Shown: positions 32,665 through 45,200 of the stretch, in pieces
How the letters are laid out: each line of letters starts with the position of its first letter
Position numbering within the stretch: the stretch's first letter is position 1
Assembly (NCBI GenBank): GCA_040954595.2
Contig: CM082588.2
Span: 9,346,844-9,410,843, forward strand
Source: Balanoglossus misakiensis
Taxonomy: Eukaryota > Animalia > Hemichordata
DNA: 64,000 bases
Reading direction: 5' to 3'
Translations under genes and position numbers: made by a program
Notes under the pieces: model-generated
Databases searched by the model: none
Seen by the model: the letters and a program-made list of their open reading frames with translations, nothing else
Told to the model about the DNA's origin: nothing

Positions 32665-33108
32665 ATGGGTGAAAGTGATTACTACGAGTGGTTGGATAGC
32701 CAACCGAGTAGAGTACCGGGATTTATGGTTTCCCTAATTATCATGTCCTTCCTCTGATCCGGAAGTTTGATTCGGAGTCAGACAGCGGCGACGACAATGC
32801 GGAGAATCCGAGAAACGATGATTCTGGTGTTTTCACCGTAATTTTTGTTCTCCGAGGAGGAGGAGGAGGAGGAGGACGACGACAAAAAGAGAAGAGGAAA
32901 GGGAAACGGGAAGAAGTCGACGGACGTCACCCAGGAGAAAAAGACCGAAGAGTACCCGAACCCGGTTCAGAACGAGGAAGAAACGCCAACCGGCTGTCTA
33001 TCGGTGCTGCGGACAGCATTTTGTCCGATGGTTTTTAAAGAATGGGAGGAGGAGCGTGCGAGTCGGTCCGAATTAAATGCCTACAAGGACAGTGACGACT
33101 CCACGTGA
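32665..33108 (+). pseudogene. Copy B of the same small gene (disabled)
   Basis: MGESDYYEWLDSQPS..FSEEEEEEEDDDKKRRGKG..; a +1 shift precedes CCGQHFVRWFLKNGRRSVRVGPN*. The 3' UTR with aataaacatttcgaaaa is shared with copy A. Confidence 0.6.
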
Positions 33109-33448
33109 CCGGACCGCTGACTTTTTACTTATGCAATGTATTTTATCATTTCTTTTCTCTTTTTTAAATAAACATTTCGAAAAGTACATAACCTTGTTGT
33201 TGTGCAGTGTTTATTGGAATGTGTTTTATTGAGTTAAACTTTTGTGCAAGTATAACAATCCCTCAAATTGGAAATTCATTTTGTCGACGTCACAGACACG
33301 TTCTTGGAAGAACGAATAAGGATTATAATTTTTGGCAATAGTTTCAGCGGAGCGTACCAAAAAGATTGCCAACGACTTCACCATCACCATAATTTGTGTA
33401 TTGCTAACGATTATCCTCTGCCTGGTAGTAGGACTACCTGGCGTACCC

Positions 33449-33786
33449 ATGGGTACTGACCACGCTGACTTTTACGAGTGGTTGGACAGCCAGCCGAGTA
33501 CCAGTACTGACGAGGATGCGGAAAACCAGGGCTTTAGTTTTTTCACGGAAGGAAACGAGGCGTTAAAACACTGGTAAAGGAAAAGGGAAAGAAGGGGAAA
33601 GGAAAAGGAAAGGGGAAGAAGTCGGCGGTCGTCGTGGAGACGGAGAAGACTGGAGAGTCCCCGCGGCCGAACTCGGTCCACGAAGCCGAAGAGAAATCAA
33701 CCGGTTGTCTACCATGCTGCGGATAGCGTTTTGTCCGGAGGGTTTGGAAGAAGTTTGGAAGGCGGAGGATCCGAGCGTCTCTATGA
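33449..33786 (+). pseudogene. Copy C of the same small gene (disabled)
   Basis: MGTDHADFYEWLDSQPSTST..(frameshift)..KKGKGKGKGKK..CLPCCG*RFVRRVWKKFGRRRIRASL*. Confidence 0.6.
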
Positions 33787-35919
33787 ATACGACACGAAAA
33801 TGAATTCGGATACGAATACGAATACGAAGATAACTTTAGTGAAGCAACTAGTCTCTGAATGTATACTGCCGCATTCAAATAAATAATCCTCTTTGATTTA
33901 GGGCTCTTGTTGTTAATAAATTGAAGTACTATAATTTCAGTAACAGAATATTGCATCGAAATATTGTTTGTTGTTAGCTCATCGCTAATGTAATATTATG
34001 AACAAGCAATATCTTACACTGTCCCTTAAATTAAATACCTAGCGCGAAGCAATCCATTGACTGTACGTGTAAACAGGTGCGCGGTGGTGTGGTAACACGT
34101 TAAACACCGCCACGTCAACAGCTGTACGCGGTATGCGGGGCTGATAGGCAGTTATCGCATATAGACCCTAGTTATTCCAAGGAATTTAACCAAAGAGGCT
34201 ATATCAGGGGTTTCTCGACCGTTGCGAACACTCCGGCTTATAGTGTCCGTCATCTGACGACTTAATTTTCAATGGAAGCTTGTGAAAAGCTCGGCGACAG
34301 CGTCACTCAATCATGAAGAATGCCTCAATCAATGGCGCATTGCTCTGTCACATTTCGGTTTTGAAAATTGACTAATTTTTTTTACTCCACCCAATGATCT
34401 ACGTACTCTGGGCACCGTACTCCTCACGGGGTCTGACTTGTCAGATCAGTACATGGTCTTTGGTCACAGTTTAAAAACTCAGTCATGGTTTAAGATTTCG
34501 GTTAGGGCAAAAAATCTGATGTAGTGTATTAGGCGCGCGCCGTGACCTTTGTTGTTTATCATTTTGGCTTTTCCGTTCTCTTTCTGTGAGTGTTCGGCTC
34601 TTTCAGTGCAGTGTGGTAGTCCGTCCGAACACAGCAGCAAACGATTTAGCCAAGCCTGCATCAGATTTTAAGCAAATCGAAGGCCACGGTATTTGCTGTG
34701 CATGTAAGCTTATCAATATCATGCTGATGTACTGCAACGGATGTGATGATGTATTTTATTCCCTGTACAATTCAACCCGCTTGTGTTCTTTGCAAATGCG
34801 CCGTCATTCGGCCATAAAAATCAACGCACTTCCACGTCTACATAACGTTTTCACCCCCTCTGAGCAGACATACTTGAATTACAGGAGCAAAAATATTGTA
34901 AATACCGAGCGCTTCCATTCAGTGATCCGACAAACGAGTAAATGGCGAGTTTGACCTTGAACAGCCTGGTAGACTAAAAATAACTGATGAGGCAGCGTAA
35001 ATAACCAACATTCGCAATTGGTAACCTGTTTATCATTGATACGATTTTCACGATCTCTCACTCTTAGTCTTACATTTCAAAATCCCTTTTGTTAGGGAAT
35101 GTTCCGAATTTACTTCCAGGGTGGGGGCCGGAGGTTTAATTTAATATTTATTTTTTTGGTGATTTTTTTCCATGGTCCCCTAGTAAATTGTGGTGGAAAT
35201 CTGTGGTCCCCCCTTATATTTCCTGTGGTTTTTCCATGGTCACCCCAATATATACATGCATGCTTACACACTAAGGCACATACAGTCTGACAAGTTCATC
35301 ATCCTTTGCAAGAACAATCAAGAGATTGTTACTCACTGATATAACCAATTTTACAGGGGACAGTTAAGTAGTCATAAAAAACATGTTTTTGCAGGAACTG
35401 CAAGTGGCACATAGGAAGCCTAGCAGTGGGCAACTAAGAGTGTAGTTTTCTGAAAAAACAGTTAATTATAACAAAAATTCCTGTCACTATGTCCACTATA
35501 TCAAACACTTTAATTGTAAATGAGACATGTCAAAAAACACTGAGTCAGCACTTCTGCATGAGAGGTTTTTCAAAGGAAAATATCATTGTATCTAATTATC
35601 AAGCAGAGTGACATGGTATTTGTTTTATATTTAACCATAGTTTAGCTGCATGAAATATGCATATTAATTTACATACTAATTTAAATACATTTGCATATTG
35701 AGACAAACATACACAAAATGCAATGACACTGGTATATGTTTGAACACCAAATTGAATCTTTATTATAACACTGGAGAGAAACCACTTTAATACTTACAAG
35801 GCAGTAATTATTCAAGAAAGCTATCAGTACTGAGACTATTTAATTCTTTCAAAGAAGGCATCAGGAAAGCAATATATACATGTCCACACCTCTTATTCTC
35901 CCTCTTCTTACAATTCATT

Positions 35920-36297
35920 TAATCCAGACAAATTCTTCTGGCTTTTTCTGCTTACCCCACTCCTCAGCTGCTCTGCTAGTCAAACTTCTCAGTGTCATCA
36001 CCCTCAACACTGATGATAAGCAATGCTTTCAATATCTTCTCAGACAGCCTGTTCCTCAGGGATATCTTAATTCTGGACACTGCTGAAAAACACAATCTGA
36101 AAGGTAAAAAAGAAATAAAGGTTACTGAATGGAGGAGAAATATTGATTCTCACCCATCAAAACAATAAGATTCCAGAAAGTTTTCTGGAATGAAGCACTG
36201 TTTTAACTGTACATCTTAAAGCAGCATTCTTGCCCCATGTTTTGTAATAATAATGGTGAAATATAACTACTTACCTGTTGTTGAGACAGGTATTGTT
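35920..36297 (-). pseudogene. hAT-family (ZNF862-like) transposase C-terminal dimerisation-domain remnant, spliced; upstream part resumes at ~57263-57330
   Basis: Minus-strand TIPVSTT|gtaagt ... tttcag|..CFSAVSRIKISLRNRLSEKILKALLIISVEG..KFD resembles the hAT consensus PVSTAxCERxFS...IKTxLRNRL. Contains a stop and frameshifts. Confidence 0.75.
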
Positions 36298-39200
36298 GGG
36301 GGCACAAGCGCCCTCAGGCGGCTTGTGCCCCCATTGGTATTGTTGGAATTTTTACGGGCCCAAGCCAAGCCAGGCTTGGGCCCGTATTGGTTTCGTTGGG
36401 GTTTTTTAGGGCCCAAGCGCACGCAAGCGCTTGGGCCCTATTGGTTTCGTTGGAATTTTTAGGGCCCAAGCGCATACCAGCGCTTGGGCCCTATTGGTTT
36501 CGTTGGGGTTTTTAGGGCCCAAGCGCAAGCCAGCGCTTGGGCCCTATTGGTTTCGTTGGGGTTTTTTAGGGCCCAAGCCAAGCCAGGCTTGGGCCCTATT
36601 GGTTTCGTTGGAATTTTTCAGTCTTTCTTTCTTTATTCTTATGTCAATTCTTTGTCGCTCTAGATCTCAGACACTGCTGCAGGTACACATCTCAAACTTG
36701 CTACAGTGGTCAAGGTCAATGAGTAGTCGTGCATTGAACCCATGAATTTTTAATTAGTCACGTGACCTGGCGGCCATCTTGGATTTTCTGAAAAAATGCA
36801 AATCTCAGATCTCAGAAACTACAAGTCAGATCGACTTCAAATTTGGCGTGCAGGTAGACTATCTTCTGCCCATCATTTTTGTAATTGGAAATTATGCTGT
36901 CAATGTTGCAGTTTTTTTGCTACAGTTGTTTTTCTGAAATCTGGTCAAAATTTCAAAAATCTTCTTCTCCAGAACCGGCGATAACCGAGTCACGCGGTTT
37001 GGGGTATGTGGTCACCAAACTGAGGTCTATCAAGTTTGCGAAGATCATTGTGATTGGTCGAAGATTATGGCGGCCATATTGGATTTTCGAAAAACCTAGT
37101 AAAATTTCAAAAATCTTCTTCTCAAGAACCGGCGATAACTGAGTCACAAGATTTGGTGTGTGTGGTCATTAAACAGATGTCTATCAAGTTTGCGAAGGGG
37201 AATGTGATTGGTCGAAGATTATGGCGGCCATATTGGATTTTGTGAAAAACAATTAAAAAGTAAAAATTCCCTTTCTAGCCTAAAAATTGATAGCACAGAA
37301 ATTCTTTTTATGGATATGAATCATCATATGCCAAGAATAAGCTATAAATATTTTGATAATTTTGGCAATGACCTTTGACCTACTTTTGACGCATCATTTT
37401 TCTGCATATCTAATTTCAGGCTAACCTTTAAGGCTATCATTTTGGTTTTTGATGTATGTGGATTTGTATGTGATCAAAAATTTTTGCTACTTTTCATGAC
37501 CCCTTTGACCTCTGCTGACCTCATTAAATATGCACATACCTAATTACAGATGAACCAATAGACCTAGAGGTTTTGTTTTTGTTATACATGGACCAGTAAC
37601 GGGTCAAAATATTTTGCCCAAATGTTGGGTGACCTCGGGTGACCTTTGACCTACTTAACACTATATCAGCATCAGATCAGATAATAGAGCTTGGGCCCGG
37701 ACAATGCTGCTTGCAGCTTTAATTAGGGCCCAAGCGCAAGCCAGCGCTTGGGCCCTATTGGTTTCGTTGGGGTTTTTCTGTCTTTCCTTCTTAGGGCCCA
37801 AGCCAAGCCAGGCTTGGGCCCTATTGGTTTCGTTGGAATTTTTCAGTCTTTCTTTCTTTATTCTTATGTCAATTCTTTGTCGCTCTAGATCTCAGACACT
37901 GCTGCAGGTACACTTCTCAAACTTGCTACAATGGTCAAGGTCAATGAGTAGTCGTGCATTGAACCCTTGAATTTTTAATTAGTCACGTGACCTGGCGGCC
38001 ATCTTGGATTTTCTGAAAAAATGCAAATCTCAGATCTCAGAAACTACAAGTCAGATCGACTTCAAATTTGGCGTGCAGGTAGACTATCTTCTGCCCATCA
38101 TTTTTGTAATTGGAAATTATGCTGTCAATGTTGCAGTTTTTTTGCTACAGTTGTTTTTCTGAAATCTGGTCAAAATTTCAAAAATCTTCTTCTCCAGAAC
38201 CGGCGATAACCGAGTCACGCGGTTTGGGGTATGTGGTCACTAAACTGAGTTCTATCAAGTTTGCGAAGATCATTGTGATTGGTCGAAGATTATGGCGGCC
38301 ATATTGGATTTTCGAAAAACCTAGTAAAATTTCAAAAATCTTCTTCTCAAGAACCTGCGATAACTGAGTCACAAGATTTGGTGTGTGTGGTCATTAAACA
38401 GATGTCTATCAAGTTTGCGAAGAGGAATGTGATTGGTCGAAGATTATGGCGGCCATATTGGATTTTGTGAAAAACAATTAAAAAGTAAAAATTCCCTTTC
38501 TAGCCTAAAAATTGATAGCACAGAAATTCTTTTTTATGGATATGAATCATCATATGCCAAGAATAAGCTATAAATATTTTGGTAATTTTGGCAATGACCT
38601 TTGACCTACTTTTGACGCATCATTTTTCTGCATATCTAATTTCAGGCTAACCTTTAAGGCTATCATTTTGGTTTTTGATGTATGTGGATTTGTATGTGAT
38701 CAAAAATTTTTGCTACTTTTCATGACCCCTTTGACCTCTGCTGACCTCATTAAATATGCACATACCTAATTACAGATGAACCAATAGACCTAGAGGTTTT
38801 GTTTTTGTTATACATGGACCAATATCGGGTCAAAATATTTTGCCCAAATGTTGGGTGACCTCGGGTGACCTTTGACCTACTTAACACTATATCAGCATCA
38901 GATCAGATAATAGAGCTTGGGCCCGGACAATGCTGCTTGCAGCTTTAATTTCTTTCTTCTTTCTTTATTCTTCTGTCAATTCTTTGTCGCTCTAGATCTC
39001 AGACACCACTGCAGGTACAGTTCTCAAACTTGCTACAGTGGTCAAGGTCAATGAGTAGTCATGCATTGAACCCATGAATTTTTAATTAGTCACATGACCT
39101 GGCGGCCATCTTGGATTTTCTGAAAAAATGCAAATCTCAGATCTCAGAAACTACAAGTCAGATCAACTTCAAATTTGGCGTGCAGGTAGACTACCTTCTG

Positions 39201-42200
39201 TCAAACATTTTTGTAATTGGAAATTATGCTGTCAATGTTGCAGTTTTTTTGCTACAATTTTTTTTCTGAAATCTGGCTTAAATTTCAAAAATCTTCTTCT
39301 CCAGAACCGGTGATAACCGAGACACGGGGTTTGGGGTATGTGGTCACCTAACTGATGTCTATCAAGTTTGCGAAGATCATTGTGATTGGTTGAAGATTAT
39401 GGCGGCCATATTGGATTTTCGAAAAACCCTAGTAAAATTTCAAAAATCTTCTTCTCGAGAACCGGCGATAACCGAGTCACAAGATTTTGTGTGTGTGGTC
39501 ATTCAACAGATGTCTATCACGTTTGCGAAGAGGAATGTGATTGGTCGAAGATTATGGCGGCCATATTGGATTTTGTGAAAAACGATTAAAAAGTAAAAAT
39601 TCCCTTTCTAGCCTAAAAATTGATAGCACAGAAATTCTTTTTATGGATATGAATCATCATATAACAAGAATAAGCTATAAATATTTTGGTAATTTTGGCA
39701 ATGACCTTTGACCTACTTTTGACGCATCAATTTTATGCATATCTAATTCCAGGCTAACCAATAGGGCTATAAGTTTGGTTTTTGATGTATGTGGATTTGT
39801 ATGTGATCAAAAAATTTTGCTACTTTTCATGACCCCTTTGACCTCTGCTGACCTCATTAAATATGCGCATATCTAATTATAGATGAACCAATAGACCTAG
39901 AGGTTTTGTTTTTGTTGGACAGGACAAGTATGGGGTCAAAATTTTTTACGCAAATTTTGGGTGACCTCTGGTGACCTTTGACCTACTTTCGCAAATCTCA
40001 GCATCCACAGCAGATACAGCCTTGGCGTTTGGAGGTATGGGGCCATAATGAAAAGCCAAAGTTTTGGGTCACCTGTGACACCTGCTTAACTCATTATTTA
40101 TGTGCATACCTAATTCCGGGCTAACCAAAAGGGTTAGAGGTCTGGTTTTTGTTGGACATGGACCACTATGGGTCAAAATTTTCTGCCCAAACTGTGGGTG
40201 ACCTCTGGGTGACCTCTGACCTACTTAACACTATATCAGCACTAAACATAGATATAATCTTGATATTTCATGGGATAAAACACAGCATTATGTGTCTACT
40301 CATTAATTATGTGCATATCTAATAATCAAATCAGATAATAGAGCTTGGGCCCGGACAATGCTGCTTGCAGCTTTAATTAGGGCCCAAGCGCAAGCCAGCG
40401 CTTGGGCCCTATTGGTTTCGTTGGGGTTTTTCTTTCTTCTTTCTTTATTCTTGTGTCAATTCTTTGTCGCTCTAGATCTCAGACACCACTGCAGGTACAG
40501 TTCTCAAACTTGCTACAGTGGTCAAGGTCAATGAGTAGTCGTGCATTGAACCCATGAATTTTTAATTAGTCACATGACCTGGCGGCCATCTTGGATTTTC
40601 TGAAAAAATGCAAATCTCAGATCTCAGAAACTACAAGTCAGATCGACTTCAAATTTGGCGTGCAGGTAGACTACCTTCTGTCAAACATTTTTGTAATTGG
40701 AAATTATGCTGTCAATGTTTCAGTTTTTTTGCTACAATTTTTTTTCTGAAATCTGGCTTAAATTTCAAAAATCTTCTTCTCCAGAACCGGTGATAACCGA
40801 GACATGGGGTTTGGGGTATGTGGTCACCTAACTGATGTCTATCAAGTTTGCGAAGATCATTGTGATTGGTCGAAGATTATGGCGGCCATATTGGATTTTC
40901 GAAAAACCCTAGTAAAATTTCAAAAATCTTCTTCTCGAGAACCGGCGATAACCGAGTCACAAGATTTTGTGTGTGTGGTCATTCAACAGATGTCTATCAA
41001 GTTTGCGAAGAGGAATGTGATTGGTCGAAGATTATGGCGGCCATATTGGATTTTGTGAAAAACGATTAAAAAGTAAAAATTCCCTTTCTAGCCTAAAAAT
41101 TGATAGCACAGAAATTCTTTTTATGGATATGAATCATCATATAACAAGAATAAGCTATAAATATTTTGGTAATTTTGGCAATGACCTTTGACCTACTTTT
41201 GACGCATTAATTTTCTGCATATCTAATTCCAGGCTAACCAATAGGGCTATAAGTTTGGTTTTTGATGTATGTGGATTTGTATGTGATCAAAAAATTTTGG
41301 TACTTTTCATGACCCCTTTGACCTCTGCTGACCTCATTAAATATGCGCATACCTAATTACAGATGAACCAATAGACCTAGAGGTTTTGTTTTTGTTGGAC
41401 AGGACAAGTATAGGGTCAAAATTTTTTACCCAAATTTTGGGTGACCTCTGGTGACCTTTGACCTAATTTCGCAAATCTCAGCATCCACAGCAGATACAGC
41501 CTTGGCGTTTGGAGGTATGGGGTCATAATGAAAAGCCAAAGTTTTGGGTCACCTGTGACACCTGCTTAACTCATTATTTATGTGCATACCTAATTCCGGG
41601 CTAACCAAAAGGGTTAGAGGTCTGGTTTTTGTTGGACATGGACCACTATGGGTCAAAATTTTCTGCCCAAACTGTGGGTGACCTCTGACCTACTTAACAC
41701 TATATCAGCACTAAACATTGATATAATCTTGATATTTCATGGGATAAAACACAGCATTATGTTTCTACTCATTAATTATGTGCATATCTAATAATCAGAT
41801 CAGATAATAGAGCTTGGGCCCGGACAATGCTGCTTGCAGCTTTAATCTGTCTTTCTTTCTTCTTTCTTTATTCTTCTGTCAATTCTTTGTCGCTCTAGAT
41901 CTCAGACACCACTGCAGGTACAGTTCTCAAACTTGCTACAGTGGTCAAGGTCAATGAGTAGTCGTGCATTGAACCCATGAATTTTTAATTAGTCACATGA
42001 CCTGGCGGCCATCTTGGATTTTCTGAAAAAATGCAAATCTCAGATCTCAGAAACTACAAGTCAGATCAACTTCAAATTTGGCGTGCAGGTAGACTACCTT
42101 CTGTCAATCATTTTTGTAATTGGAAATTATGCTGACAAAGTTGCAGTTTTTTTGCTACAATTTTTTTTCTGAAATCAGGCTTAAATTTCAAAAATCTTCT

Positions 42201-45200
42201 TCTCCAGAACCGGTGATAACCGAGACACGGGGTTTGGGGTATGTGGTCACCTAACTGATGTCTATCAAGTTTGCGAAGATCATTGTGATTGGTCGAAGAT
42301 TATGGCGGCCATATTGGATTTTCGAAAAACCCGAGTAAATATTCAAAAATCTTCTTCTCAAGAACCGGCAATAACCGAGTCGCAAGATTTGGTGTGTGTG
42401 GTCATTAAACAGATGTCTATCAAGTTTGGGAAGAGGAATGTGATTGGTCGAAGATTATGGCGGCCATATTGGATTTTGTAAAAAGCAGTGAAAAATTAAA
42501 ATTCCTTTTTCTAGTATAAAAATTAATAGCATACAAATTCTTTTTATGGATATCAATCGTCATATGACTACAATATGTTACAAATTTTTGGCGATTTTTC
42601 ACATGACCTTTGACCTACTTTTCACACATTATTATTTCTGCATATCTATTTCCAGGCTAACCTATAGGGCTAGACGTTTTGTTTTTGATGCATGTGGATT
42701 AGTGTGTGATCAAAATATTTTGCTACTTTTCATGACCCCTTTGACCTCTGCTGACCTCATTAATTATGTGCATAGCTAATTACAGGCGAACCAATTGAGC
42801 TAGAGGTTTGGTTTTTGTTGGACATGGACCAGTATGGGGTCAAAATTTTTTGCCCAAATTTTGGATGACCTCAGATGACCTTTGACCTACTTTTGCATAT
42901 CTCAGCATCCAAAGCAGGCACAGCCTTGGCATTTGGAGGTATGGGGCCATAATGAAAAGCCAAAGTTTTGGGTCACCTTTGACGCCTGCTTTACTCACTA
43001 TTTATGTGCATACCTAATTCCGGGCTAACCAAAAGGGCTAGAGGTCTGGTTTTTGTTGGACATGGACCACTATGGGTCAAAATTTTCTGCCCAAATTTTG
43101 GATGACCTCAGATGACCTTTGACCTACTTTTGCATATCTCGGCATCCAAAGCAGGTACAGCCTTGGCATTTGGAGGTATGGGGCCATAATGAAAAGCCAA
43201 AGTTTTGGGTCACCTGTGACACCTGCTTAACTCATTATTTATGTGCATACCTAATTCCGGGCTAACCAAAAGGGTTAGAGGTCTGGTTTTTGTTGGACAT
43301 GGACCACTATGGGTCAAAATTTTCTGCCCAAACTGTGGGTGACCTCTGGGTGACCTCTGACCTACTTAACACTATATCAGCACTAAACATAGATATAATC
43401 TTGATATTTCATGGGATAAAACACAGCATTATGTGTCTACTCATTAATTATGTGCATATCTAATAATCAAATCAGATAATAGAGCTTGGGCCCGGACAAT
43501 GCTGCTTGCAGCTTTAATCTGTCTTTCTTTCTTCTTTCTTTATTCTTCTGTCAATTCTTTGTCGCTCTAGATCTCAGACACCACTGCAGGTACAGTTCTC
43601 AAACTTGCTACAGTGGTCAAGGTCAATGAGTAGTCGTGCATTGAACCCATGAATTTTTAATTAGTCACATGACCTGGCGGCCATCTTGGATTTTCTGAAA
43701 AAATGCAAATCTCAGATCTCAGAAACTACAAGTCAGATCAACTTCAAATTTGGCGTGCAGGTAGACTACCTTCTGTCAATCATTTTTGTAATTGGAAATT
43801 ATGCTGACAAAGTTGCAGTTTTTTTGCTACAATTTTTTTTCTGAAATCAGGCTTAAATTTCAAAAATCTTCTTCTCCAGAACCGGTGATAACCGAGACAC
43901 GGGGTTTGGGGTATGTGGTCACCTAACTGATGTCTATCAAGTTTGCGAAGATCATTGTGATTGGTCGAAGATTATGGCGGCCATATTGGATTTTCGAAAA
44001 ACCCGAGTAAATATTCAAAAATCTTCTTCTCAAGAACCGGCAATAACCGAGTCGCAAGATTTGGTGTGTGTGGTCATTAAACAGATGTCTATCAAGTTTG
44101 GGAAGAGGAATGTGATTGGTCGAAGATTATGGCGGCCATATTGGATTTTGTAAAAAGCAGTGAAAAATTAAAATTCCTTTTTCTAGTATAAAAATTAATA
44201 GCATACAAATTCTTTTTATGGATATCAATCGTCATATGACTACAATATGTTACAAATTTTTGGCGATTTTTCACATGACCTTTGACCTACTTTTCACACA
44301 TTATTATTTCTGCATATCTATTTCCAGGCTAACCTATAGGGCTAGACGTTTTGTTTTTGATGCATGTGGATTAGTGTGTGATCAAAATATTTTGCTACTT
44401 TTCATGACCCCTTTGACCTCTGCTGACCTCATTAATTATGTGCATAGCTAATTACAGGCGAACCAATTGAGCTAGAGGTTTGGTTTTTGTTGGACATGGA
44501 CCAGTATGGGGTCAAAATTTTTTGCCCAAATTTTGGATGACCTCAGATGACCTTTGACCTACTTTTGCATATCTCAGCATCCAAAGCAGGCACAGCCTTG
44601 GCATTTGGAGGTATGGGGCCATAATGAAAAGCCAAAGTTTTGGGTCACCTTTGACGCCTGCTTTACTCACTATTTATGTGCATACCTAATTCCGGGCTAA
44701 CCAAAAGGGCTAGAGGTCTGGTTTTTGTTGGACATGGACCACTATGGGTCAAAATTTTCTGCCCAAATTTTGGATGACCTCAGATGACCTTTGACCTACT
44801 TTTGCATATCTCGGCATCCAAAGCAGGTACAGCCTTGGCATTTGGAGGTATGGGGCCATAATGAAAAGCCAAAGTTTTGGGTCACATGTGACACCTGCTT
44901 TACACATTATTTATCTGCATACCTAATTCCGGGCTAACCAAAAGGGCTAGAGGTCTGGTTTTTGTTGGACATGGACCACTATGGGTCAAAATTTTCTGCC
45001 CAAATTTTGGCTGACCTCGGGTGACCTTTGACCTACTTTTGCATATCTCGACATCCACAGCAGATACAGCCTTGGTATTTGGAGGTAAGGGGCAATAATG
45101 AAAAACCAAAGTTTTGGGTCACCTATGACACCTGCTTAACTCATTATTTATGTGCATACCTAATTCCGGGCTAACCAAAAGGGCTAGAGGTCTGGTTTTT

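Noticed and set aside
31736-33956. Minus-strand hydrophobic ORFs (157 aa, 137 aa) and an Arg-rich protamine-like + frame
   Set aside because: Shadow frames of purine-rich sequence. Cross-copy conservation favours the KKFG/RVGP frame on the + strand.
35092-35135. Possible Harbinger-like left TIR (tta gggaatgttccgaatttac)
   Set aside because: No matching right TIR was found in the window.
36354-36620. CRISPR-like array of palindromic repeats
   Set aside because: Eukaryotic context, no unique spacers and no cas genes. The repeats are element 5' ends with matching 3' subTIRs.
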